A stretch of 64,000 nucleotides of DNA from Candidatus Saccharimonadales bacterium (GTDB taxonomy: Bacteria > Patescibacteriota > Saccharimonadia > Saccharimonadales > UBA4665), in NCBI GenBank assembly GCA_038207115.1, contig JBBRAC010000002.1:57819-121818 (forward strand), in the 5' to 3' direction. This document shows, in pieces, positions 45,470 to 54,721 of the stretch. The translations under genes were made by a program, and so were the position numbers. The notes beneath the pieces were generated by a model. The model was not told the DNA's origin, searched no databases, and was given only the letters and a program-made list of their open reading frames with translations. The stretch's first letter is position 1. Each line of letters begins with the position of its first letter.

Positions 45470-45995
45470 TCGGCTGGTTCTCGGCGTGCTTGTGGTAGTT
45501 GCACTCATCTGCTTCGCACTGTGGAGCGTCTCCAGAAATACTACCTCGGGAGCGCCACCCCAGGCCACTTCCTCGCCGACCAGCAGTCCGACTGCTACCG
45601 CAACGGCCACCAAGCAGCCCAGCGATCTCGAGCAAGCGGTTTACCGCTTCGAGAGCGTGTACGCCCTGCCCCCAAGCAGTAGGCGCACCGAGCAGCTGAA
45701 GGCCATGACCACCCCGGACGGTTTCGCGGCCCTCAACACTGAGACGACAGGTACCTCGCATGCCGAACAGGCTGCCGGCGCCGTCACCGCTCAAGTTGAG
45801 ACAAACCTCTCATCCGTCCAGTCTGAGGCCTTCGACGACCCCAACGTCGTCTCGGTGTCCTCTACTGTCGTCATCAACACGTTCCGAAACGGCCAAAAGC
45901 TGAACACTGTTCCTGTAATGCGCATCGCCTCCTGGGTGAAGCAGAACGGGCAGTGGAAGCTGGCAGCCGTACAGCCTAGCGCAACTTCGACCTAA
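45444..45995 (+). CDS. membrane-anchored NTF2-like protein, VirB8/TcpC-like
   Basis: N-terminal TM (LVLGVLVVVALICFALW), a S/P/T linker, and a ~130-aa C-terminal domain ending NGQWKLAAVQP. ATG 45444 overlaps the 3' end of the ATPase gene. Confidence 0.35.
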   Translation: MNGRLRRSDRLVLGVLVVVALICFALWSVSRNTTSGAPPQATSSPTSSPTATATATKQPSDLEQAVYRFESVYALPPSSRRTEQLKAMTTPDGFAALNTETTGTSHAEQAAGAVTAQVETNLSSVQSEAFDDPNVVSVSSTVVINTFRNGQKLNTVPVMRIASWVKQNGQWKLAAVQPSATST

Positions 45996-46007
45996 GGAGG
46001 TGAGTTT

Positions 46008-47525
46008 GTGCGCATCGGAAAGTTTTTTGTCTTGCCAGTCCTAGCAATCGGCATCATCGTTGCCGGCATCACAGGAGGAGCCAACCAGGCACTACCCGGG
46101 CTCCTCAACCAGGCCTGCAGCCAGCAGAGCACGAGTTTCAACGCCGTGCAAGTGACACTGGGGAGCGCAAGCTCATCCAGCTCACCGGAGCAGCAGGCCA
46201 ACGCCAAGATCATCATCGGCGTCGGGCTCGCCCGAGGTAGGAGCCAGCGCGACATCAAAATCGCCCTGATGACTGCCTTGCAAGAGTCCGGCCTGCGCAA
46301 CCTCCCCTACGGCGACCGAGACAGCCTGGGACTCTTCCAGCAACGGCCTTCAGTCATCGCGTGGGGGACAGCCTCGCAGATCATGGATCCGACGCATGCG
46401 TCGAACAAGTTCTATGAGGCGCTCGAAAGAGTCACCAACCGCGACTCAATGCCTCTAGGAGCTGTGGCGGAAGCTGTTCAACGCCCCGCCGCGGGAGCCT
46501 ACCAGACCCCGGGCAACTCCTTCATGGCCAAGGAACCGGCTGCCAACGCCCTTCTGGCTGGCAACAGCGCCAGTCTGGCTAGCAGTCTAGTAGTAGCACC
46601 GGCCGTGCAGTTCTCGCCCTCACCCTGCTCGACGAACTCCATTACCGCTGGCAACCCCAGCTCGGTGGAAATCGCCGTTCAGGCAGCTCTTGCCGAACAG
46701 GGCAAGCCGTACCAGTGGGGGAGTGGCCCGAGCGATGCAAGTTTCGACTGCTCGGATCTCATGCAGTTCGCCTTCGCCAAAGCGGCCGTTAAGCTGCCAC
46801 GTGTGGCCAGCGCCCAGTACAGCTTCGGCGTTCCAGTACCCAAGCCAGGGTCTGGTACGCTCGCCGAGTGGCTGAAGGTGCTGCAACGCGGCGATCTCAT
46901 CTATTGGACGAACTCAGCGCAGGCCACGTCGCCAAGCCAAATCGTTCACGTTGCCATGTACCTCGGCAACGCCCAGATGATCGACGCACCACGGTCCGGA
47001 AAGTTGGTCGGCGTCAAGCCCATCTACGGTGACACGGCAGGTCTATGGTTCTTCGGAGCCAGCCGGCCCATCTCGACGGTCACCACCGCCCTGGCCAGTA
47101 GCATCAACCCCGCTCTGGTTAAGGACGGCTGGCAAGCGCCGCTCAAGACCAAGCTAGTAGTCACCTCACCGTTCGGGATGCGCGTCCACCCCATTACGGG
47201 CATCCTTAAGCTCCACGACGGCACCGATTTTGCAGCTGCGACTGGCACACCAGTCTACGCCGCAAACAGCGGAACGGTCTCTACCCAAGTCACGGCGGCA
47301 GTCGGGCTTGTCGTAACGATCGATCATGGCGGGGGTGTCATCACCAAGTACGAACATCTCAGTCGGTTCGTGCTTACCGGCCCGGTCCAAGCCGGCCAGC
47401 TCATCGCCCTCTCGGGCAGCACCGGACAGTTCACGACTGGCCCACACCTCCACTTCACCGTGGAAGTAGACGGCAAGCCGGTCAACCCCATCGACTTCAT
47501 GCGTCAGCATGGATTGACCCTCTGA
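46008..47525 (+). CDS. three-domain cell-wall hydrolase (transglycosylase-like + NlpC/P60 + M23)
   Basis: N-terminal region: YGDRDSLGLFQQRPS...WGT. NlpC/P60: GKPYQWGSGPSDASFDCSDLMQFAF...HVAMYLG. M23: HDGTDFAAATGTPVYAANSGTV...DHGGGVITKYEHL...GSTGQFTTGPHLHFTV. GTG start with SD (AAGGAGGTG). Confidence 0.8.
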   Translation: MRIGKFFVLPVLAIGIIVAGITGGANQALPGLLNQACSQQSTSFNAVQVTLGSASSSSSPEQQANAKIIIGVGLARGRSQRDIKIALMTALQESGLRNLPYGDRDSLGLFQQRPSVIAWGTASQIMDPTHASNKFYEALERVTNRDSMPLGAVAEAVQRPAAGAYQTPGNSFMAKEPAANALLAGNSASLASSLVVAPAVQFSPSPCSTNSITAGNPSSVEIAVQAALAEQGKPYQWGSGPSDASFDCSDLMQFAFAKAAVKLPRVASAQYSFGVPVPKPGSGTLAEWLKVLQRGDLIYWTNSAQATSPSQIVHVAMYLGNAQMIDAPRSGKLVGVKPIYGDTAGLWFFGASRPISTVTTALASSINPALVKDGWQAPLKTKLVVTSPFGMRVHPITGILKLHDGTDFAAATGTPVYAANSGTVSTQVTAAVGLVVTIDHGGGVITKYEHLSRFVLTGPVQAGQLIALSGSTGQFTTGPHLHFTVEVDGKPVNPIDFMRQHGLTL

Positions 47526-48007
47526 AGAAGGAGATTGGAACAAACACCGCTGGATTACCAGCAAAACCCACAGTGGTTCTGGTGGGAACGAGTGTGCACT
47601 ACGCGTGCGCAGCTAGTACCCTAGAACCCTCAGAGGATTATCGTCCTCTGCCAAACCCAAGATACGGCCCGCCGGTCCGTGTGATCTCACAAGATCATAA
47701 ATACCGGCTACAACTTAAGTTCTGAAACATCGTTTAAGCACTTAAGCCGTATGATTTCGTAAGGTGGCTACGGGATTTTTTACGAGATTTTCGCAGTTTT
47801 TCATGTGGTATAAGTTGGATTCGCTTGGTTGGCATGTTTCGCAAATCAGGGCCAGAATAGATATGAAATGGGTTCAATGTTTATTCAACCAAATCCTGTC
47901 TGCTATTCATTGAACCCCATTTATTTTTTAAGCAATGTTGAGCTCCGTTTTTCAGGCCTAAACAAAAGCAATTTGACGAGCTAGGTTTGCTAGGCATAAA
48001 ATATGCT

Positions 48008-49141
48008 ATGGAAAACACTTACCCGCTAGCTCTCACATTTGACGATGTTTTGCTGAAGCCCGGATATTCCGACTTTGAGCGTGAAATCATCGACCTTTCT
48101 ACTAACGTAACGCGCAACATCCGGCTCAAATGTCCATTGGTTGCAGCCCCTATGGACACGGTCACCGAAAGTGGACTGGCGATTGCTCTTGGAAAACTTG
48201 GCGGCATCGGCATTATCCACCGTAACCTGAGCATCGAAGACCAAGCGGCGGAAGTTGCAAAAGTCAAACGAGCAAAACAGCTCGTTGGTGCGGCCGTGGG
48301 GTCTAGCAACGGCTATGAAAGGCGTGTCAAAGCACTGGTAGCAGCTGGCGTAGACGTCCTACTGGTCGATAGCGCCCATGGTTACTCGGCCAAAGTTATC
48401 AGCACCGTACAGCACATAAAAGCTCACTACAAAGTTGACGTTATTGCCGGCAGTGTAGCCACAGCCGAAGGTGCCGAGGCGTTGATTGATGCAGGCGCAG
48501 ATGGGCTACGCGTAGGGATGGGGCCAGGTGCTATTTGCTCAACCCGTATCGTTTCCGGTATGGGCGTACCGCAATTAAGCGCCCTACTTGATACCGTTCA
48601 AGTTGCCGCCTTACACGGTGTACCCGTTATTGCTGATGGCGGTATTATCCACTCCGGCGACGTCGTTAAGGCTTTGGCCGCCGGCGCTTCGTGCGTCATG
48701 ATGGGCCGCATGTTCGCCGCCACCGTGGAATCTCCCGGAAAGACCGTGCCTTTAAAATCGTCTCAGGTACCCGGCCGGTTCCAAAACATTATCGATGGCT
48801 CAGACGAATATTTGTTTAAAGAGTACCGGGGCATGGGTTCGATTGCGGCCATGAAACGCGGCATGGAAGTCAGTTCCGAAGACGAATTCCACGGCAAAAA
48901 TTACCAGGGCGATGTATTAGTGGCCGAAGGCGTCGAAGGGCTGGTTCCCTGCTCTGGGACTGTCAAAGATTTGGTTGACCAAATGCTCGGCGGCGTCACC
49001 AGCGGTATGTATTACGTCGGCACGCCGACCATAGCGGGGCTCTGGCAAAACGCGCGCTTTATGCGTATTACCACGGCGAGCCTCAGCGAAAGCCATCCGC
49101 ACGATTTATTTATTACTAACGGCGGTGGAAATTACCAGTAG
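48008..49141 (+). CDS. guaB: IMP dehydrogenase family protein lacking the CBS/Bateman subdomain
   Basis: Sequence: [65 protein letters not shown]. ...VAKVKR joins directly to [10 protein letters not shown], where the CBS pair normally sits. Confidence 0.75.
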   Translation: MENTYPLALTFDDVLLKPGYSDFEREIIDLSTNVTRNIRLKCPLVAAPMDTVTESGLAIALGKLGGIGIIHRNLSIEDQAAEVAKVKRAKQLVGAAVGSSNGYERRVKALVAAGVDVLLVDSAHGYSAKVISTVQHIKAHYKVDVIAGSVATAEGAEALIDAGADGLRVGMGPGAICSTRIVSGMGVPQLSALLDTVQVAALHGVPVIADGGIIHSGDVVKALAAGASCVMMGRMFAATVESPGKTVPLKSSQVPGRFQNIIDGSDEYLFKEYRGMGSIAAMKRGMEVSSEDEFHGKNYQGDVLVAEGVEGLVPCSGTVKDLVDQMLGGVTSGMYYVGTPTIAGLWQNARFMRITTASLSESHPHDLFITNGGGNYQ

Positions 49142-49161
49142 CGATCACTCTGCGCCCTGTC

Positions 49162-50055
49162 TTAAACGGGACTAGCCAACTGCTCGCAGGCTACAGTGTG
49201 AAATAATTTTGGCGGGTTTTGTTTGCAGGTTTCACATATCAGTACCAAGTCGTTACAAGTGGTGAGGGCGCAGTTTTCAAAGTTACTCGTTTTGCCCGCG
49301 CAGTGGATGCACTCGCCCAGTACTTTGGCGTGATCGCTAAATTCCAGGCCCATGCGGTCGTCGAACACGTACAGGCTGCCTTCCCATAGGCCATCATCAC
49401 CATACTCTTGGCCGTATTTGACGATACCACCGTCTACTTGGTACACATCCTTGAAGCCACGGTTTTTCATAAGGCTGCTTAAGATTTCGCAGCGAATGCC
49501 GCCCGTGCAATACGTAACGACCGGTTTGTCTTTGATATGGTCATATTTGCCGCTTTCGAGTTCAGCTATAAAATCTTTGCTCGTGCGGGCGTCTGGCACA
49601 ACGGCATTTTTAAACCTACCAACCTTAGCTTCGTAGGCGTTACGGCCGTCAAAGAACACCACGTCGTCGCCGTGTTCTGCGACCAGTTTGTTGACTTCTG
49701 CCGGCTTCAAATGGGTACCGCCGCCAACGACACCATTTTCATCTACCCGAAGCTCTTCGCCGGCGCCAAAGGCGACGATCTCGTTACGCACTTTCACTTG
49801 TAGTTTCGGAAAATGATCGCGTTTGCCATCACTCCATTTGAACTCCATAGCCTTGAAACTGGGGTATGTTTTGGTGGCTTTAGCATATGCTTTCAGGCCT
49901 TCTAGCTCACCGCCAACCGTACCGTTGATACCATGTTTCGAAATGAGGATTCGCCCCTTGAGGTTTAGCTTTTCGCATAATGTTTTTTGCCATAAGCGAA
50001 CTGCCTCCGGATCGGCCAGTGGGGTAAATTTGTAATACAGCAGTATTTTTTCCAT
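49162..50055 (-). CDS. trhO: rhodanese-domain tRNA uridine(34) hydroxylase (TrhO/YceA, UPF0176)
   Basis: Sequence: [16 protein letters not shown]...HGINGTVGG...[11 protein letters not shown], plus a C-terminal Cys cluster. Start 50055 was set from the promoter TGTTATAAT (50072-50064). Confidence 0.8.
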   Translation of the reverse strand: MEKILLYYKFTPLADPEAVRLWQKTLCEKLNLKGRILISKHGINGTVGGELEGLKAYAKATKTYPSFKAMEFKWSDGKRDHFPKLQVKVRNEIVAFGAGEELRVDENGVVGGGTHLKPAEVNKLVAEHGDDVVFFDGRNAYEAKVGRFKNAVVPDARTSKDFIAELESGKYDHIKDKPVVTYCTGGIRCEILSSLMKNRGFKDVYQVDGGIVKYGQEYGDDGLWEGSLYVFDDRMGLEFSDHAKVLGECIHCAGKTSNFENCALTTCNDLVLICETCKQNPPKLFHTVACEQLASPV

Positions 50056-50063
50056 TTGCATTC

Positions 50064-50072
50064 ATTATAACA
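50064..50072 (-). promoter_or_regulatory. extended -10 promoter, near-leaderless configuration
   Basis: The minus strand reads TGTTATAAT, then 8 nt, then ATG 50055. The ORF-track ATG at 50061 is only 2 nt from the hexamer. Confidence 0.45.
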
Positions 50073-50312
50073 TCGGTGATATAGTTGTAAATTATTATCT
50101 AAAGGAAAGGGCGAGCCACACCATGTATATTCAGACACCAGTAGAACCGACCGGCTATGTCCGTTCCATCTCTTTTTAATTTCGATCCCAAACCAAATCG
50201 GCATCGTGAGCCGATAGCAAAACCAAACAACTACCAACTACACTAAGCTCTCCTGCCTGAGCGGGAACATGCTTTGTAGCAAACAGGTCAGCACCAAGGA
50301 GGGCTGTACCGT

Positions 50313-52097
50313 ATGCAACATTCTAAACCCCCTACTAATCTTGTGGTGCGATATTTTTGGCACAAGGCCTGGCGCGAACGAAGGTACGTGCTCATTATTT
50401 TGGCCGTTATGCCACTGAACGTACTCATGAACCAAATCATCCCGCCTATCATCATGGCCAACGTGCTGAGCAAACTCGCCAAGCACGACTTTGTGCCGCA
50501 CGCGCTATGGGCCAGCTTTGGCTGGCAGCTCGTGGCGTACGCCCTGCTGGTGCTGGTGGGCGGCCTGTCGTGGCGCATCATCGACTCATGCGTCTGGCGC
50601 ATGGAAGGCACGGTCGAAAAAAACATTGCCGCCGAAGTGTTTTCGCACTTGCTGGCCCAGAGTGCACGCTTTCACGCCGATAATTTTACCGGCTCGCTAG
50701 TGTCCCAGACCAACAAGCTAATGGGCGGCTACATCCGCTTTGCCGACACGACAACGTTTATGATATTGCCACTGTTTTTTGGCTTACTATTTTCGCTAGT
50801 GGTACTAGCTAAGGTTGCACCACTGTTTGCGCTGGTGCTGTTCGCGTTTGCGCTACTGTACATGGTCAGCTCAGTGCTAATAACTCGCCAAGTGCGCACC
50901 CTTGGCTCTAAGCACGCCGAAATAGAGAGCGCGCAAACGGGCGTTCTGGCCGATGCCATAACCAACGCTATGGCGGTCAAAAGCTTCGGTAACCAAGCCT
51001 ACGAAGAAGGCCGCTTTAACACCGCGCTGGATCGAACCAAACATAGCTTGCTCCGCTTTGGTTCGGCACACCAAAAACAGCAGCTGTATTTTGGCACGCT
51101 GCTCAGCACCATCTCTGCACTCTCACTGCTTGCGGCTGTTATTGCCGTGATGGTGTTCGATGCCAATGCCGCCACAGTCTACCTCATATTCGTCTACACC
51201 GGCGTAGCCGGCGAGCAACTCTTTAGCTTTAGCAACAACGCCATGCGCAATTACAACCGCGCCATGGGCGATGCGGGCGATATGATTGCCAAGCTGCAAC
51301 TGGTTCCCGAAGTAATCGATGTGCAAAACCCCGAAGAAACAACTATCCGGCGCGGCACAATCGAATTCAAAGATGTCGCGTTTACGCACGACGGTGCGGA
51401 CGACGCAATTTTTGACAGCCTGAACTTGCGTATAAAGCAAGGCGAAAAAATCGGCCTGGTTGGACACAGCGGCTCGGGCAAAACAACTCTGACCCGTCTG
51501 CTACTGCGTTTTTCGGACATTCAGGGCGGCGCAATAACCATCGATGGCCAAAATATTGCGAAAATATCTCAGGATGACTTACGCCGGCACATCGCCTACG
51601 TGCCGCAAGAGCCGCTACTGTTTCACCGCAGCATACGCGAAAACATTGCCTACAGCGAACCGAACGCTACACCCGAAATGATAGAAGGCGTGGCCAAAAT
51701 GGCCAGTGCGCACGAATTCATCCAGCGCCTGCCTCTGGGGTACGATACCCTGGTGGGAGAACGGGGCGTCAAACTGAGCGGTGGCCAAAGACAGCGTGCG
51801 GTGATTGCCCGCGCGATGCTCAAAAACGCACCCATTTTGGTGCTCGACGAAGCCACCAGCGCCCTCGACAGCGAAAGCGAAGTGCTGATTCAGGCCGCGC
51901 TCTGGAAACTGATGGAAGGTCGCACCGCCATTGTAATAGCCCACCGGCTATCGACCATTCAAAAAATGGACCGCATAATCGTGCTGGACGAGGGAAAAAT
52001 CGTCGAGCAAGGCTCCCACAAAGAACTGCTAACTAAACAGAATGGCACATACGCCAGACTCTGGGCTCACCAATCTGGTGGCTTTATGGAAGACTAA
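50313..52097 (+). CDS. ABC exporter, fused permease/ATPase (MsbA-like)
   Basis: Six-TM N-terminal half. Motifs: GHSGSGKTTL, LSGGQRQR, ILVLDEATSALD. SD (AAGGAGG) upstream. Confidence 0.9.
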   Translation: MQHSKPPTNLVVRYFWHKAWRERRYVLIILAVMPLNVLMNQIIPPIIMANVLSKLAKHDFVPHALWASFGWQLVAYALLVLVGGLSWRIIDSCVWRMEGTVEKNIAAEVFSHLLAQSARFHADNFTGSLVSQTNKLMGGYIRFADTTTFMILPLFFGLLFSLVVLAKVAPLFALVLFAFALLYMVSSVLITRQVRTLGSKHAEIESAQTGVLADAITNAMAVKSFGNQAYEEGRFNTALDRTKHSLLRFGSAHQKQQLYFGTLLSTISALSLLAAVIAVMVFDANAATVYLIFVYTGVAGEQLFSFSNNAMRNYNRAMGDAGDMIAKLQLVPEVIDVQNPEETTIRRGTIEFKDVAFTHDGADDAIFDSLNLRIKQGEKIGLVGHSGSGKTTLTRLLLRFSDIQGGAITIDGQNIAKISQDDLRRHIAYVPQEPLLFHRSIRENIAYSEPNATPEMIEGVAKMASAHEFIQRLPLGYDTLVGERGVKLSGGQRQRAVIARAMLKNAPILVLDEATSALDSESEVLIQAALWKLMEGRTAIVIAHRLSTIQKMDRIIVLDEGKIVEQGSHKELLTKQNGTYARLWAHQSGGFMED

Positions 52098-52151
52098 TTA
52101 CAATCGTAGTTGCGTTCATGCATAGCCTCTATGCACAGCACCGTATAGTAT

Positions 52152-53500
52152 TTACTTTAGTCCAGAAGACTTATTGTAGCGCGCATCAGCTATCTGTTGT
52201 TCTCGAATCGCTTGAGCCGCCTGGTCTAGAGGAGTAACCGTGATAGTTAACACATCAGGCGCGCTAAGGCTTTTGAGAGTGCTTGATCTGACAACGGCGT
52301 TCATTTTTTCGTCATGTAGGACATTCGTGGTTTCGGCCCAGTGTTTAGTTGCTTCATCATAGCCGTTAAATGCCGGTGTATACTCGATTTTATATTCTTG
52401 GCCTGCTCCAATAGCTTCGGCCTCAATTTGATAATTAGGCTCCCATGCTGTTACGCCATTTTTAGACTCGCCGTGCTTTCCATGTCGGCCCAATCCTATG
52501 ACAACTTTAGATATTGTTTTGTCGATTTTTTTCAGGGGGTCGTTATCACTTACGTTTAGAGAAACACCATAAATACCTCCTGGCTCGGCTGACAATGAAT
52601 AGCTCACTCCAGGTTGGGGGTTAGAGAGTACCTTGAAGCGCTGGGGTAAAAGCATGTTCAGGGCATTCGGGGTGAAGGCAGAACTGTCCTCGGGCGGAAG
52701 AGCCGACCCCATCACACCCTCAGCGCCGTAGAAATTTTCCCTGTCGCTATCCGGTTGACGCGCTACGCTGCAGCCCCGAACTACAAAATCAGCAATGTCT
52801 TCTTCTCGGCGGGGGGATTCCTGCCTATCAATCAAGTCACCTCTCGCTACAAGTTTGTCGCAAGTGAGCTCAGTGACATGTGAAAGGCCTGATTGGTGCC
52901 CCGATTCGTGCAGAATAATTCCAGGAGAAAATTTGTCGTGCTTAATGTGTGGATTGTATGCATTAAATGGCTTTGTCTGTAGAAACGCATCGCCCAGCGC
53001 TCCATTGCACATAGGCTTTTGGTTTAGCAGGACGTGTAGCAAAACACTATCACCCAAATGATGTTCTAGTCGGGTTAGATTATTTATATTTTTCAGGTCA
53101 GAATCGGTATAGCAGGAATCGGCCGTTTTTGTCTTACCCTCAGGAAGTACAGATACATGAAATATATTCTCGAGACTTATGTGTGCCGCACCATACGTTT
53201 CCCAGCGCATTCGAGTATCGGCCTGATGAAAAGCTTCCGTTATGTCTGCGGGCTTGTAGCCTGTGGTTGCGCCGAAATGATCATTTACGAGCACTGCGTA
53301 ATTATTGTCATCATGAGACATCGGTCGCAGGAAAGGAACGGACGCTATGTTAGGAGAGTCAGTAGAGGGGGGGCGCCCCATACACTAGGGGAATTATAAG
53401 CGGCTCCTAGCAACTCAAATCCACCTGTCAGCGCTAAGCCAGCAACAACAACACCGATTGATCCGGCACGGGAAAGTGACGGTTGTTCATGAGAGCCCAG
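52152..53500 (-). pseudogene. metzincin-type zinc metalloprotease gene, frameshifted at a homopolymer and truncated by IS30
   Basis: HExxHxxGxxH motif: ILHESGHQSGLSH. A TM-anchor-encoding segment (SIGVVVAGLALTGGFELLGAAY, ORF 53533..53345) is out of frame with the body (53381..52152) across G7 at 53367-53373 (C7 on the coding strand). One extra C would fuse the two. The upstream frame has no native start before the IS30 end. Confidence 0.55.
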
Positions 53501-53504
53501 ACTT

Positions 53505-54610
53505 AAATCTGAAGTGCAACAAACAGATCTCACTGGTCTAGGCCAGGCGTTAGCCTGGCTGGTACTGTGTTGGTGTATGAATACCTACACACATATCGCT
53601 AAGCTAGAACGGTACGAGATTTCAATATTAATAAAGCGTGGGCATAGTGTAGCTGAAGTGGCGCAGGAAATTGGGCGCGACAAAAGCAGCATTTACCGAG
53701 AGCTTAGGCGCAACAAAGTTGCCGGAGCTTACAACGCTAGAAAGGCCGACCACAAGGCCTACGTCACTCGTAAGTACGCCAAGTACCAAGCCATGCGTAT
53801 AATTGGAGATATGAAGCTACGAGAATATGTTGACACTTGTCTGTTAGACAGAGATTGGTCACCAGAACAGATTGCTGGTCGCATTGCGAGAGAGACTGGC
53901 ATGCAACCAATTTCTGCACCTACCATCTACAAATATATTCGCAGCCCGTACGGTCGTAAGCTCGAGCACGAGCTTGAGCTTGCCAAGAAGAAGCGAACAA
54001 AACGTTGGCAGCGCAAAGTCACACAGTTAGAGGGTCGGGTATTCATTGACGCTCGCCCAGAGGCCGTGAGCATGCGTCAGCAATATGGTCACTGGGAAGC
54101 TGACTTTATTGTCAGTGGCAAACCTTACGGGATGGCCTCGTTACTCGTGCTCCACGAGCGCGTAAGCCGTTACACGCTCGTACGTAAACTCAGTGCCCGT
54201 ACCATTGCTGAGGTCGAGGATGCACTGGTCACAATGACGAAAGGCATTGGCCCATTTAAAACCCTGACCATTGACAACGACATTGCATTTGCTCGGCACT
54301 TCAAGCTCAGTGAACTACTCGAAACGCCAGTTTTCTTTACCCATCCCTACCACTCATGGGAGAAAGGTGGTGTCGAAAATGTGAACCGATTGATTCGACG
54401 CTACGTCCCAAAAAGCTGTGATATATCTGTGTTTACAGACGAAGAAATCGCTTCATATCAGCAAAAGATTAATGATATGCCGAGGAAAGTACTTGGCTAC
54501 GAAACAGCTCAGGAAGTGTACGATAGCTATCGGCAACAAGCACTAGATGAAAGGACAAGATATGAACAATACGTCTAATAATTTACAGTTGGCTGTTGCA
54601 CTTGAGGGTT
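53505..54610 (+). mobile_element. IS30-family insertion sequence (ends approximate)
   Basis: Imperfect terminal inverted repeats: CTGAAGTGCAACA at 53509-53521 versus the reverse complement of 54594-54606 (CTCAAGTGCAACA). A single transposase gene lies between them. Target-site duplication was not resolved. Confidence 0.7.
53577..54578 (+). CDS. IS30-family transposase
   Basis: HTH region: GHSVAEVAQEIGRDKSSIYRELRRN. DDE region: HWEADFIV...LTIDNDIAF...HSWEKGGVENVNRLIRRY. Confidence 0.9.
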   Translation: MNTYTHIAKLERYEISILIKRGHSVAEVAQEIGRDKSSIYRELRRNKVAGAYNARKADHKAYVTRKYAKYQAMRIIGDMKLREYVDTCLLDRDWSPEQIAGRIARETGMQPISAPTIYKYIRSPYGRKLEHELELAKKKRTKRWQRKVTQLEGRVFIDARPEAVSMRQQYGHWEADFIVSGKPYGMASLLVLHERVSRYTLVRKLSARTIAEVEDALVTMTKGIGPFKTLTIDNDIAFARHFKLSELLETPVFFTHPYHSWEKGGVENVNRLIRRYVPKSCDISVFTDEEIASYQQKINDMPRKVLGYETAQEVYDSYRQQALDERTRYEQYV

Positions 54611-54721
54611 GCGGACAGCTTATATTCATAGATAATTATTATAACACAATATATATAAAACATACGTAGTCATGGTATGGTATGATGCCAATGACAAACG
54701 AAAGAAAGGCATGGTAACAAT

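Larger units (their letters stand above)
38500..47700. mobile_element. GC-rich horizontally acquired island carrying a T4SS/conjugation-type module (boundaries approximate)
   Basis: Abrupt composition change, with AT-rich junctions at 38150-38500 and 47700-47990. All seven genes are co-oriented and have SD-type ribosome-binding sites. No flanking direct repeats found by eye. Confidence 0.55.

Noticed and set aside
38664-47564. Dozens of 60-300-aa overlapping ORFs on both strands of the GC-rich island (for example 44693..45613, 40184..40732, 43179..43712)
   Set aside because: They overlap stronger co-oriented genes that have motifs and SD sites. Their composition is Arg/Gly/Pro-rich, the usual high-GC artefact.
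38480-47760. Direct repeats (att sites) flanking the GC-rich island
   Set aside because: I compared about 100 nt on each side by eye and found no shared string of 10 nt or more. This needs a computational search before any claim.
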